Source: Eledone cirrhosa
Taxonomy: Eukaryota
Direction: 5' to 3'
Length of the DNA: 64,000 nucleotides
Assembly: GCA_964016885.1 (NCBI GenBank)
Contig: OZ024742.1
Location: 55,428,001 to 55,492,000 of the forward strand
Part shown: positions 28,533 through 41,794 of the stretch, in pieces
Numbering within the stretch: the first letter of the stretch is position 1
Layout of the letters: every line of letters starts with the position of its first letter
Program-made: the position numbers and the translations under genes
The notes under the pieces: model-generated
Databases searched by the model: none
What the model was told of the DNA's origin: nothing
The model's input: the letters and a program-made list of their open reading frames with translations, nothing else

Positions 28533-28694
28533 ATAACTGCGAAAGTCGAAAAGTGTTTAGTTGATAAGAAAAAATATTGATGTTGTTACAATAATTCATT
28601 CAATCCGGAGCTTTGTAGTTATGCAATAGGTGTTTCGAGACGTGTGGAAAACGTGTGAAAATTTCATTTCTTATGTTTAGGCAATCACTATTTC

Positions 28695-28745
<51 letters not shown>

Positions 28746-29145
28746 GTAGAACACTGGAAGGTAATATCCGTAGTGGTAGAGCACTCAGTCCATGGGACGA
28801 GTTAGGTAGAAGTGGCTACACAACAGTTAGTTCACCATACCGAGAACAATTGTTTCACCTTAGCGTATCCTCAGCTCGTAATGGGCATGGTTATACGGAA
28901 CAGGAAGGACAACCGTACAAACGCGCATGCGCAGAAACCCGTCACTTCACACAGGCAATCCTAAAATGCGTGCGAGAAGTGTAAAGGAGATAACTGCGAA
29001 AGTCGAAAAGTATTTAGTTGATAAGAAAAAATATTAATGTTATTATAATAATTCATTCAATCCGGAGCTTTGTAGTTATTCAATAGGTGTTTCGAGACAT
29101 GTAAAACATTCATTTGTCGTGTTTATGCAATCACTATTTCATAAT
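28533..29145. repeat. Direct repeat (~155 bp, period ~457), pLTR-like
   Basis: ATAACTGCGAAAGTCGAAAAG at 28533 and 28990. Confidence 0.85.
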
Positions 29146-29154
29146 CTCTTTAGA

Positions 29155-29479
29155 ATATATAGATTTGTTATTTGGTGAAGTGAGGGGGCTTCTGTTCAAA
29201 TGCAATTTGCTGCAGGAAAATAGGGGTTTATCATTGTTTTTATTTCCGCGTATTTATCCTGTCGAAAGTTAGTTTATAATTTCATGTCCGTCCAGTATCA
29301 GGGGTCTCCATCCCCATGGTAGAGGGAATTTCAGGGTGTAGCTGATGGCTGGTTCCTCTCTTCTCCACTATATCGGTTACACCATAGAGCGCTCAACGTC
29401 TTGGAACTATTTTCCTGCAGCAAATTGCATTTGAACAGAAGCCCCCCCCCTCACTTCACCAGATAACAAATCTATATAT
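29155..29479. repeat. Inverted repeat (~29155-29223 / ~29407-29479)
   Basis: Reverse-complement arms. Confidence 0.85.
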
Positions 29480-30181
29480 GGACAAATTGACAATCATATT
29501 AACCACGTATACCCTCACTTCCATGCAGTTTACCTTCCTAGTATTTATTTCTCATATATATCTCATATCTCATTTTACATATGCATCTCCTATGTCATTT
29601 TGTATATATGTATTGTATGTATTTTTTTCTTGTGTATTTTATATCTGTATTTTTTTTGTTTGGGGGGGGGGGTCCATGTGATAGAAATACTAACTATGTA
29701 TTCGCCTAACTACTATCTTAATACTGTATTTTACCCTCCGTTCTACTATACGTTACTATCGTTCAGTATGTTGATAATATATCTGTAAAATTGATCCCTC
29801 TTTCAAAACTTCTTACTTAAAAATCTCCCTATTTATAAGTTATTAGATGTGCATATATTTTTTACTCAATCCAATCTAGATTCTAACTTGTAATTTTTTA
29901 AAGTTTTGATTTCTGATTTATTTATTTTTTATTTTTAGATTTAATTTCCAACTATCATTCATAATTTCCACTGTGAAACCATAATACCTAGAAATACGTT
30001 TACATTCTCTTAGAGGTTGATGGTCAATTATACTGACCATGCTTAATTTAGGGTAGTATTGAGACCTATTGATACTCATACTCTCCCAACCCCACTAGCT
30101 TTCGGACTACTGTCACTAATGGGGTGGCTTGCAGTAAGCTATAACCGTGTCATATTACAGGCCTGGATGGGTCATTGTTTG

Positions 30182-30235
<54 letters not shown>

Positions 30236-30497
30236 GAATAATCGAGAATCGGAAAAACAGCTTACGAAGAAACGATAAACAATATCCGATATGTGTGGCA
30301 GAGGGCTCAATAATTTCGATAAATCAGAGCTATAACCATCGTTATATTACCAATACATAGAGATCATGCCTAAAATCACCCGTACAGCCGAAAAAGAACG
30401 ACCAGGAAGATTCAGGTCACTCAAATAAAATATCAATAAATCAATAAATTAAATGAATGTAAAAAACTCACCCGGACCCGCATATATATATATATAT

Positions 30498-31205
30498 ATT
30501 AGTTGGAGTGAAATGTTAGTAAGTTAATTTTTATAATTTTCTTATTTTACGTCTTTCATATTATTGTTCTGCATCCCCATGCATTGAACCACAAAGTTAC
30601 TAAGACAAAACCTATATATTTGCTGGCATAGGTATGCATCTGTATATATATGTTAGTAGATATACTAATTCTTTATAATTATCTCCAAGTTATTTTGTTG
30701 AGCCAAAATTGGCCAAAACTGCTACTATAGTTCATAGTAATGTTTCGGCTGCTGTCTTATTAACACCACTCCTCACTGATTCACCTCGATGTCACGTGAT
30801 TGATTCTTTTGAATTTACCACCGACGCAGTAGGCAGTGGTTTTTTCAATGTCTTGGAACTTAGTCCACGCTTTGCTTTTTTCCATCCACTGAATTAGTTT
30901 TGTATAAGTTCCCTGTGTCCACGCATCGCCTGGAAACTTAGCTGAGAATAGACTTCCCTGATGACGAAAGGCTTCTCCGCACGTTTCTACGGAAACTATG
31001 TTTATTCCCTTTCAGAAACTAATTAGTTGGAGTGAAATTTTAGTGAGTAAGTTAATTTTTATAATTTTCTTATCTTACGTCTTTCATATTATTGTTCTGC
31101 ATCCCCATGCATTGAACCACAAAGTTACTAAGACAAAACCTATAAATTTGCTGGCATAGGTATGCATCTGTATATATATGTTAGTAGGTATACTAATTCT
31201 TTATA
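30498..31205 (+). mobile_element. Retrozyme-like unit: 524 bp period with ~180 bp terminal redundancy
   Basis: AGTTGGAGTGAAA at 30501 and 31025; HHR spans the junction; (TA)n flanks. Confidence 0.7.
30952..31033 (+). ncRNA. Hammerhead ribozyme motif
   Basis: ACTTCC-CTGATGA-C-GAAAGG...CCTTTC-A-GAAA-CTAATTAG-TT-GGAGT; palindromic stem III. Confidence 0.7.
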
Positions 31206-31219
31206 TATATATATATATA

Positions 31220-31480
31220 TGACTTACGATCATAATGTCATGGGTACGATTCTTGCGCTGCGTGTTGTGTTCTTCAGCAAAACACTTCATATCACGTTGC
31301 TCCAGTATACTCAGCTGAAAATGAGTACCAGCAGTAGCTGGTAGTTTAACCCTACAATGGACTGGCATCCTGTCCAGGGGGGGGGGGGGGTCTAGTACTC
31401 TCAGTCGCTTCACACCATGAAACAGGGATTAGCACCGGCCCAATTAACCTTCTAGCTTAAGACAGTCTTTAGACTTTTAT
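31220..31480 (+). mobile_element. CORE-like SINE
   Basis: GTGTTCTTCAGCAAAACACTTCATATCACGTTGCTCCAG...GGACTGGCATCCTGTCCAGGGG. Confidence 0.6.
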
Positions 31481-31491
31481 ATATATATATA

Positions 31492-34260
31492 CTGAAAACT
31501 TGGACGGGAACAAAAACAGAGAGGCAGTACAAATAAAAGTTTATTAGGTTCACGCTCTTAGGAGTGGGGGGTGGGGAACGACGTTTCGGGCATAAGCCCT
31601 TCATCAAGAAAAAAGTGGGTAGGAAGAGAGTCCCGAGGGTGTGTGACGGAGTGGTGGAGAGACATTTAGAAAAAAGTGTCGGGGGTAGAAAAGGGAGGAA
31701 AAACGGTGGAAGGGGTACAAATAAAAATAAAAATAAACATAAAGATAAACAAGTGGTGGAAGGATATGAGGCGTGTAGGGGTGGTGGCGGGTGGAGTAGC
31801 GATAGGGAGGCGGGGAGTCTGAGCGGGGAATGCTGATGGTGGTGTTTGTGTATGTGTGTAGGTGTACGTGTGTGTGTGTGTGCGAGTGTATGTCAATGTG
31901 AGAGTTGGGGGAAGAACGAGGTTCCATGTTCAAGAAAAGGTGTGTGTGGGGGGTGGAGTGTAGGTCGGAGAGTGCGTGCGTGTGGTTGGGGAGGGGGTCA
32001 GACGGGTGGGTGAGGGGTTAGCGTGTGAATTCCGGAGGCTGAGTGTGTATATGTGGGGGTACGCAGGTGTGTGTTGATGTGTATACGTGGGGTAGATGTA
32101 GGTGGCGTGGTTCGAAAAAGAATTGTGAGTGTATGACCATGGGTAAGTTCCTAAGGTAGTTCCGTGGGGTGTCCGATGAGGTGCTGGATATTTTTCATGT
32201 TATGGGGTGAATATCTAGGACGATGACCGGTGGTGTGGAAGCCGTTGGTTGTGGTGGTCGGAAGTGGAGACATGTGGGGTGCGCGCGCAACAGGAAGTTT
32301 TCTGAGGGTCAAGGCAGGGTGAAGAGATAGCGGTAGAGGAGAATGACAGGTAGAGAAATGGTCAGTGTGTGGTGAGGACTGTGCGTCTGTGTGTGCGGGT
32401 GTGCGGTGGACAAGGGTGAGGATGTGTAGGTGTGAAAGGTGGAGGGGGGAGGTGGTGATTTTGGGGGATAGGGTGTGTATTAGTAGAGGTGTTAGTGGAT
32501 TGTGTGTGTGTGTGAGGGGGGTGTAGGTGGAAGGAGGAGAGGGAGAAAAAAGTGTTGGGCACGGAGGAGGGAGTGAAGTGTACTGGTGTGTGTGTGCGTG
32601 TTTCGATGAGTGTGTGTGTGGTAAAGGAGGTGTTAGTGGGTGTTAGTATACTGGTGGTGGGGAAAGCGTTGAATGCGGGTGTGCAAGTGGGGGTTAGTGG
32701 TGGTTGGGTGTTTGGAGTCGGTGGTGTATCAAGGTGTGGGTGTGTGTGTGTGTGAAGGTGTGTGTTCGTGTGCGAGTGGTCGGGGGGATGTTAATGATAT
32801 TAGTTGTGGGGTGGTTGGAGTGGATGTGGTGTCGGAGATGTGAGAGGGTCAGGGTGGTGATGAAGGGGTGGGGAGTCAAGCAAGGCGGTGATGAGTTCGG
32901 TGGGGCAGTTGCAAGCGGAGACGATGGGGCGGCCGCGGTTGTCGGGTTTGTGGAGTTTGGGGAGGAAGTAGATAATAGGGGTGCGTGAGGTGCGTACGAT
33001 GAGGTGGGAAGCGGTAGGAGGGGGAGGGAGGAGGAGACATGGTGTTGGATGGTGGAGGAAACTTGTTGTTGGTAGAGGGGTGTAGGGTCGGAGGATAGAG
33101 TGTGGTAGAAGAAGGTGTTACGGAGCTGACTGAGGACTTCGGTCGTGTAGAGGTCATTGCACCACACCACCACGACTCCTCCCTTGTCCGCCGGTTTGAT
33201 GATGATGTCATCTCGGCTACGGAGGGAGCGGAGAGCGAGGAGTTAGGCCCGTGTGATGTTGTGCCGTTTGGAACGGTGGCGGAATTCGAAGCTATTTACT
33301 GCGCCTCGGCAGGCATCGACAAACATGTCCAGGATGCTAAATTGCCCTGGTGCCGGTGTCCAAGACGATGGCTCTCGGCCCAGGGTGAGGAACGGGTCTG
33401 GAGCGTTCGGAGCCGGTGGCGTTTGATCAAAATGTGCCTGTAGCTTCGTGCGTTGCACGAATCGCTCGACTTAAGTTCGAGTGCGGAACTCGTCGCTGTG
33501 TGGGGTGTGGGGTATGAAGCGAAGGCCTCTACTGAGGAGTGAACGCTCATGTGCGGAGAGGGGGTGGTCAGGGGGTATGGTGACAACAAGTGGGGGGTAG
33601 GGTGGGTGCGGTTTTGGTGTGTGCAGGGTGAGGGGGAGGGCGGAGATGGGGTAGAGTGTGAGGCGGGGATGGGGGGATATGTGTGTGTGGGGGAGGGGGT
33701 CATAGGGAGGGGAGAGGGGTGTTGGAAGGTGGTGGTGGGGAGGAGTGATTGTAGCTTAAGGGCTTTGGCGAAGAGAAGGTAGGAGAGTTGGAGGGCCGAG
33801 GGGAGATAGCAGGGTGGGTGGAGGTGGTGAGGAAAAGTTTGAGGCGGGTGTGGAGTTGGCGAGAAAAGATCTCAGGCTGGGCGTGGAGTTAAAGCAGAAT
33901 GGGGGGGGGGGGCGAAGGCGTATGTGCGAAAGTGTAGACAGGGACGGGGGAGGGTAAATCAAACTAAAATATCGTAAGGAGGTGAAAGTATACACAGGAA
34001 AGCAAGGACAAACATAATAGACTAAAAAATCATAATCAGAAATAAACAGAGGAAATCGTGGACAAAAAAAATCACAGACAAAATATCGTAAGCAGAAATA
34101 AACAAATACAGTAAATTAATCAATAAATAATGCAAATAATAGGAAAAAATAACAAGGAAAGAAAAGGTTGCGGGAGAGTTTGGGGAAAGTTCAAAGGGTG
34201 GTCACGGCGGATTAAATCCTGGTTGAGCCGGTTGTCAAGATGGTATTCCAAGGTGGTGCG
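31492..34260 (-). mobile_element. Internally deleted, degenerate Penelope-like element
   Basis: Minus-strand translation LRSLRSRDDIIIKPADKGGVVVVWCNDLY...LSSDPT (PLE DKG region, ~33080-33240); minimal HHR near the 3' end; no RT core found. Confidence 0.7.
31575..31612 (-). ncRNA. Minimal PLE-type hammerhead (core 5' base altered)
   Basis: Minus strand (C)TTGATGA-A-GGGC ttat GCCC-GAAA-CG-TC. Confidence 0.6.
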
Positions 34261-34289
34261 GAAGCTATACATACATATATAGTCAGTCA

Positions 34290-37200
34290 ACATGATCAGT
34301 CGCACATTTTGGCGTCGTAGACTATTCATTAAATTTAAGATGAATACTATCTCCGAGAGTAATGCCACAACTACCAGTCATGTTGAATAACTGGATATTC
34401 TTCTCACTATATCCACGGAAGACACCTTTTATTCGAATTCGTAGAGATATCCGACTAAATACATAATTCATTTTACAAGGATTTGCTACAAACAGGATGG
34501 CTGAACACAACATCAACAACAACATCAGTGGAATACCGAAGAAAAACGAAAAAGGTAAAAAAGATTATTCAGTTGTAGCTACAAAAATAAACCGGAATTA
34601 TAAATCGTATTCCTCTTGGAGTCTTCCCAGTAGCTAGGTCGAACAGTGCCTTGAAACAACCATGCCTGTAAGAACTTTGACACCATGTGTACCATCTAAG
34701 TCTATCTCGAATGCTGGGGAAAACACTATCGATAATAATAATAATCGAAGAAATTTGACACGTGTACCATCCGAGTCTACCTCGACTATTGTGGAAAATA
34801 CTATCGATAATGATCATAATCAAAAGTATAAACAATTGAAAATTTCCCTCAACGAAATCTTCTAGAGAGAAATTAAACATTTCTCTTGCTGAACGTATTA
34901 AAACAACAATATAAAAAAAAAAACAAATAATGAAATATTACGTGTTATTGACGAAATAGGGGATGAACATTTTGAAAAAAATCAACGCCTGTTTATATGC
35001 CTTAGCAACGACAGTGAAGCATTATCTCGGTGATAGCAGAGATATAATCAAGAACAAAACATCACCAAAAATACCATCAAATATAACTAAAATAGAAAAA
35101 AAGATTGTTGACCTACGAAAAAACATAGGATATGTGACAATGCTCCTTACATGCAAACAAACACAAAAGAACTTCACTCCTCACCACCAAAGAGTGAAAC
35201 ATAAAATAGAGACGATGTTTGGTAACAGTAGAACCAGAACTCTTCAATATAAGCTGATCACCATCAAACAAGAATTGAGAGCTGTTAGTGAGAAACGTCG
35301 ATACCTGAAGAAGATAGATGAAAGAAAATTGCTTAATAAAAGATTCAGACGAAACCAAACATCAGTCTATAGAGATATGAAGGGCAAAATAATAAGTGTC
35401 ACTGAGGCCCCATCCCAGAAAGACAGATTCGTTTTGAAGAAAAGTATGGGGTGAAAAGAAGAATTTCAACCAAGATGCAGTGTGGCTAAAAGAAATCCAA
35501 AAGAACTATTGCTCCTACACTACAACAAAAACATACGAAATAAGTGACGGTACCCTTGAGACGGTCATAGGAAAACTCCGAGATGAGAAAACACCAGGAA
35601 GAGACATGATTTTCGGCTACTGGTAAAGAAAACTGATATTCTATCGGAGGTATCTTACCGACCTCTACCAGCAAGTTCTTCAGGGAGATACACTTATACC
35701 AGAATGGTTGACATTAGCACAAACATTACTGGTCCCCAAGAACAAAGACACCCACCTGGCAAAAAACAACCGACTCATTACATGCCAGAACCTGATGTAT
35801 AAGATGTATACAGCCTGGCTGAACCTATTCATCCAAGATCACTGTCAAAATAATAACATCATCACAGATGAACAAGCAGCTGGAAAGAAAGGGGCTTCGG
35901 GATGAGCTGAACAACTCCTAATCAACAAAATTGCGATGTCGGAGGTGCGACAACTTAGGAGGATTATGACTACAGTCTGGCCGGACTACAAGAAATATTT
36001 CGATTCTGTTCCCCACTCTTGAATGATAGAGGCCCTCCGACTTGCTAAAGTCCCAGACATTATTATCAGAGCCATAGAGAAGCTGTCTTCTTGGGCTATT
36101 ATCCCAAGGTTAAAGATAGAGAAGAAGGAATCTATTTTCGCTGATAATATAAAGTATCGCAGGGGTATATTTCAGGGAGACAGTCTTTCTGTGATATTAT
36201 TCATCCTCTCATTAAACCCCTTGTCCTTTCTGCTCAAGAAATGTGAAGGATACATCATTGGCTCCCAGGTGGACAGAAATACGAGCCTAATCCATAATTT
36301 CTTTGTGGATCTGAAACTCTATGCCAAGAACATGGATGGGATGAAGAAAAATCTTGACCTGGTTACAACATACTCAAAGGATATAGGAATGGAGTTTGGC
36401 CAAGATAAATGCTCATATATGACTGTACAGCGGGGAAAAACAATAACCCAATCTAGCAACACTTGTATCAATGACCTGTTTCACCAATATCTGATGAGGA
36501 CTGCTACAGATACCCGGGGATAGATGAGAACATATCCTATAATGGTATCTGTAATACGGAACGCGTAACCAGGGAATACTACACCCGATGAAGAATGATA
36601 TGGTCATCGGAACTCTCTGCGCAAAACAAAACTGTGGCTCACAATGTTTGCTGTGCCTGTCCTAATACCAACTTTTGGAATACTCAATTGGACGATAGAC
36701 GACATCCGAGCCATTGATGTTAGAACTCGAAAAATACTAAACAACACCGGAAACCTCCACATCAACAGTGACAGAGACCGCCTTTACTTGAAACGTAAGC
36801 AGTGAGGCAGCGGCTTAACATCAGTCCAGACAGCATTTGAGTGTCGCATCATATCCCTCTGATAACCTTGAACCTCAAAGCGTAGGAGCCCGTCTCTCGA
36901 GCAAGTCTATCTGCATGAACAGATAAGATCATGAGAGTTGGGAAGAAACTCCTGAAGAGGTATTCCCTGTGTGATAATCAAAAACTCACACCCAGGAAAG
37001 TCGCTCAGCAGTATCGCAATGAATCCATGGATGAAAAACTGGATGCTTATCAGCAAAAGATTATGCATGGATATGTTGCCAGAAAGCTCCAGAGTGAGTG
37101 TAATATAAATAAAGAAATAGTCTATCTTGGACCATCAATCGCTATATTGTCTCCCACTTTGTAGGATACGCTTTTGCAATCCAAGAACAGGAGATTAACA

Positions 37201-38068
37201 CGAAATATCGGATTCACAAAAGAGATACAGATGCAGGCAAAACACCTAGATGTGATAACAAGTGCAGACTCTGCAGAATTAACATCGAAGATATCACCCA
37301 TGTCATAAGCAGCTGTCCAAAAATGTTATCGCTGTACTATCTGCCTATGAGGCATGATGTGGCCAAAACACTGTACAATGCAATCCGTAAAAAAGATAGC
37401 CCCGATAATAAACACATTAAAAGCTACAGCAACGTGGAAGATATACATATACATAATATAAAAGAGTACTGGTGGAATGGCCAGTACAAAACCCAATAAA
37501 ATGCAGGCATAACAGACCAGATATTATGATATGGGACAGGGAAAAGAGGGCATGCACAGTAGTGGAAGTTATCTGCCGAACAGATGTCAATATAATATCA
37601 AAGATTAACGAAAAGGAGAATATTTATGCAGAACTGATGAGAAATCTGCACATACTCCACCCTGATTATACCTTCAGATTTTTGCCTGTGATTATTGGGG
37701 CCCAGGGATATATTAGTAACTGCCTCAATAGAAATCTTGAGAAGCTGGGATTCACAGGAACAGAAAGAACACAACTAGTTAGGAAATTACAAGTACAATC
37801 CGGTAAAAATATGTAAAACATTCCAAAACTGTTGCATCTAATATCTGCATATACACATGTACAGATACTACTCAAAACATCCACATCCATGCATACAATA
37901 ACATCCATATCTACACATGCACGCATGCAGACATGCATACATATCTACCTAGTTGATGTTGTGTAAATTCCAATGAGCGAGTCTTGTGTCTATGTTAGAA
38001 ACCGACTCTCTCTCTATTGGTAAAAATTTGTGAAATTATAAAACTAGGAGAACATAGACACATACATA
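34290..38068 (+). mobile_element. Degenerate near-full-length RLE-type LINE (R4/Dong/NeSL-like)
   Basis: Broken ORFs 34963-37816: RT motifs GIFQGDSLS and DLKLY; CRLC...HVISSC knuckle; RHD; RPDI..E endonuclease; ends in (CATA)-like tail; many stops and frameshifts. Confidence 0.9.
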
Positions 38069-38731
38069 CGCTGTCTTTGTGATTTGAATACCGTCATCTA
38101 TAAATTTATTCAATATAATTGAAAGAGGGATTATGGAAGATTTTAGAGTCGCCTTATGGAATCTGACACAACCTTTGCGGATTTTCGGATATTGATTTCA
38201 GTTATGAAAATATTTATCGCCCTAGAAATATAATCGATGCATTTATATGAAATGCTATAAAATACTGTCGTTGCATTAATAAAGAAACTAACTCCCAAAA
38301 GTTTTTATAATTCATTGCAAGTAATAAATCTAAGCATGACAACCAGTGTGTTGAATTCTAATATGTATCTCTTTATATTTATATCAATATTTGATTATGC
38401 TAAACTGGCTTGAATTCGAAAGTATATAAACTTATATCTTTGCATATTATAATAGACGGAATATAATTTGTCATAATTCGAGTATTAATATAAATATATA
38501 ACATAGGCAATTACACGAATAGCATTCTCTCTTAAATTCTCACAAATTTAATGTATTAATATATATATATTAGAATTGGTGCTCTCAAATAGCCATATAT
38601 ATATGAATGTATATATAGTGTATTTTGCCATACACTGTATGCTTAATTAAAAGCATTTTGAAGACCATACGCTATTGTTTTAAAGTAGCGACAACGTTAC
38701 TTACATACATTTTCAGCAAACAAAGGAAGAT

Positions 38732-38778
38732 AAGCTGACAGATCTCTGTTTCGTACTTGTTGGTACTTATCAAAGCTC
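38732..38778 (-). ncRNA. U3:A8 hammerhead ribozyme, family C
   Basis: GAGCT-TTGATAA-GTAC caacaa GTAC-GAAA-CAGA ga TCTG-TC-AGCTT; all stems pair; GUC site. Confidence 0.8.
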
Positions 38779-39177
38779 ACTACTCTCCCTGTTTGCTGAA
38801 CATTACTGATTATTACTGGAATTCTATAAGAAGCCAACACACATAATTTTCAGCAAACGGGGAGAGTAGTGAGCTTTGATAAGTACCAACAAGTACGAAG
38901 CAGCTAATCTCCCCTTGTTTACTGAAAATTTAAGTAAGCGACATTTTCGCTACTTTAAATCAATAACGTATGGTCTTCAAAATATTTTAAGTAAGCATAC
39001 AGTGTATTGGAAAATACACTATATATACATTCATATATATATGGCTATTTCAGAGCACCAATTCTAATTTTCAATTTCTGCTGGACCGGCGACCGCTCTG
39101 TATAATTAGTTCCTGATTATTACTGGAATTCTATAAGAATCCAACACACATAATTTTCAGCAAACAAGGAGGGAAGT

Positions 39178-39224
39178 GAGCTTTGATAAGTGCCAATAAG
39201 TACGAAACAGAGCTATGTCAGCTT
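39178..39224 (+). ncRNA. U3:A8 hammerhead ribozyme, family C
   Basis: GAGCT-TTGATAA-GTGC caataa GTAC-GAAA-CAGAGCTATG-TC-AGCTT. Confidence 0.7.
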
Positions 39225-39349
39225 ATCTCCCCTTGTTTGCTGAAAATTTAAGTAAGCGACATTGTCGCTACTTTAAAACGATAGCGTATGGTCTTCAAAT
39301 GCTTTTAATTAAGCATACAGTGTATTGCAAAATTCACTATATATATACA

Positions 39350-39451
<102 letters not shown>

Positions 39452-39673
39452 TATATATATATATATATAAAACATTAAAAAAAGAGAATAAGGACGAATG
39501 GAATTTATTGGACATATTAGAATCGTTTCTCTGGCGACCAGCTCGAGGCACGATCGATGTGATGATCGAACCTGACTCTGGAAATTGCAAGGTCCTCAGA
39601 TACGTCTTGATTCTACGAAGCAGATTTCAAACGGCCTCTCGCATATAGACGCTTTAAGCATCTAACACCAATG

Positions 39674-39785
<112 letters not shown>

Positions 39786-41714
39786 ATATATATATTCAAG
39801 TCGTACCAGAATGTGTTAAACGTATATGGTCTCTCTGCTTGACTTGCATGATCATATTTGATACGTGAAAAGATGTAAAATCCGACATATTTCAATATCT
39901 AGTCAAATTCAACAGAGACCGACATTAGGCTTTTTATCCTTCAATGATGGAAAATATAACATATCATTGACGTAGGTCCACTGCTTTAATCTACTGCATC
40001 CTGTGTTTAAATGCCTGGCCATTTGACAAATCACTGTTTACATGGGAAACAATTCTGTTTTACAGTTGAATTTCTAGATATCGGATATGAGAATAATAGA
40101 CTTGGTTTAACTCGTTTTTGTCGTAGTGGGGTTAGTTTTATTATTATTCTTGGTGTTCCATCTCAGTTATGATGTAAGTTTTCATTAGATTCAAGTTTAA
40201 CCATCTGTGGGTATTTCTATATATCCATCTGGTGCTTTCTTGTATATATATATATATAATTTATGCATTAATTTGCTGCTTTCTTTCGAAACATTGTTTT
40301 AAAACGCGATTTGCATCTTGGCATTGTTTATGATACTTGCACTATATTTTCTTAACAAATTAGATAAAGCTCGCTAACGATGCTTCTGTTCATTCGTAAA
40401 TTTTTCTTTCAAAATATTTTTCATATGCTCTGCGAAAATTTGGATCATGAAAACGTTGTATATTTTCAAATTGCGTGTGTAATTCTTCGTAAATTCTAGA
40501 TATACATTGTCTTTTTTTTTTCATTGTTCTTTATAGAATATATTTAGTAGATTTCTCTAAAGGAATACTTAATAATATTTTCCAATTTGAAAATCCTTAT
40601 TTTGGGAAGAAACCAAACAGGTGCCTCGATAAGATTTCCCATTTGTTGCACTCGAAATTTCTGGAAATATGTATCATACAACTTATAAATACATGACAGT
40701 AACTGTTACAACATAGTTGCATGTGTTAAGGCAAATATTGTATAAGTTCTTGAGATATTTCTAGAAAATAAATAGTTCATTTACATGGAGAAACAAATCA
40801 GTTCAAACAAATAGATAATAGGTAAAGAAAATGTTGAATCATTTCGAAGGAAAATATTACACGCAAAAAAATCCCTGAATGATGGAGTCGCTCCAGGAAG
40901 TGCCTCTACCTCTGAATTGAGAGATGACAGCTCTGTTACAACAGCATGCGGTTGTCTCTCGAAAGAATCCCTGTACATATTTTACGTGTAAACTGAACCG
41001 ACATGAGTTCCAGAGGTAGACCTCGAGAAGAAAAGTGTAGATACCATCCTTGGGCTCGGCTGGTTACGTTTGCCGACACAGCCGTTTCAGTTGAAGACAG
41101 TTACTTCTTTACAGGACCCACTGGAATGCGTTCAATTTCTATCCTCCCCGGAATAAAATGACAAAGAAGAATAACAAGAACAAACACAACCAAAACAACA
41201 GCAATAACAAAACTATCTTAACGCTATACGTAACATTTTCTTCTGAATCGTTGCACTTAGAATATGTCAGACCAAGTTACCATACCGAGTGACTATAATA
41301 AATATTGTTTATTGTATATTCTGATAAACAAACTGCGTAATATGCCAGCTGCAGCTTTAAAAAGCTTGTCCCCTCCATACTGGTATTTTGAGTGGGTTGG
41401 CGGATGAGTTTACAGAGTATGAGTTAGGAATTATGAATCATGTCTTGGTTCTTGTATGGACATTTAGTTTATTTTAATTAGTGTATTATTTGCGAGTTTA
41501 ATTATTATCAGTTTCGTCTTCGGAGTATATTATTTACGTATGGCATTCGTTGATTACTTTCGTTTGTTCTATATGTATGTAGGTTCAGATTTAGGTGTTT
41601 GACTGTTCAATTTGTTTATCACATACATACATACACGCACACACATATACACACACACGCACAGACACACAAACACACACGCACACGCACACACACACTA
41701 TCTCTCACACACAC

Positions 41715-41793
<79 letters not shown>

Positions 41794-41794
41794 A

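Noticed and set aside
39494-39606. Minus-strand CTGAGGA...GAAACGATTCTA with possible stem I ACGTAT/ATATGT
   Set aside because: Stems II and III are mismatched
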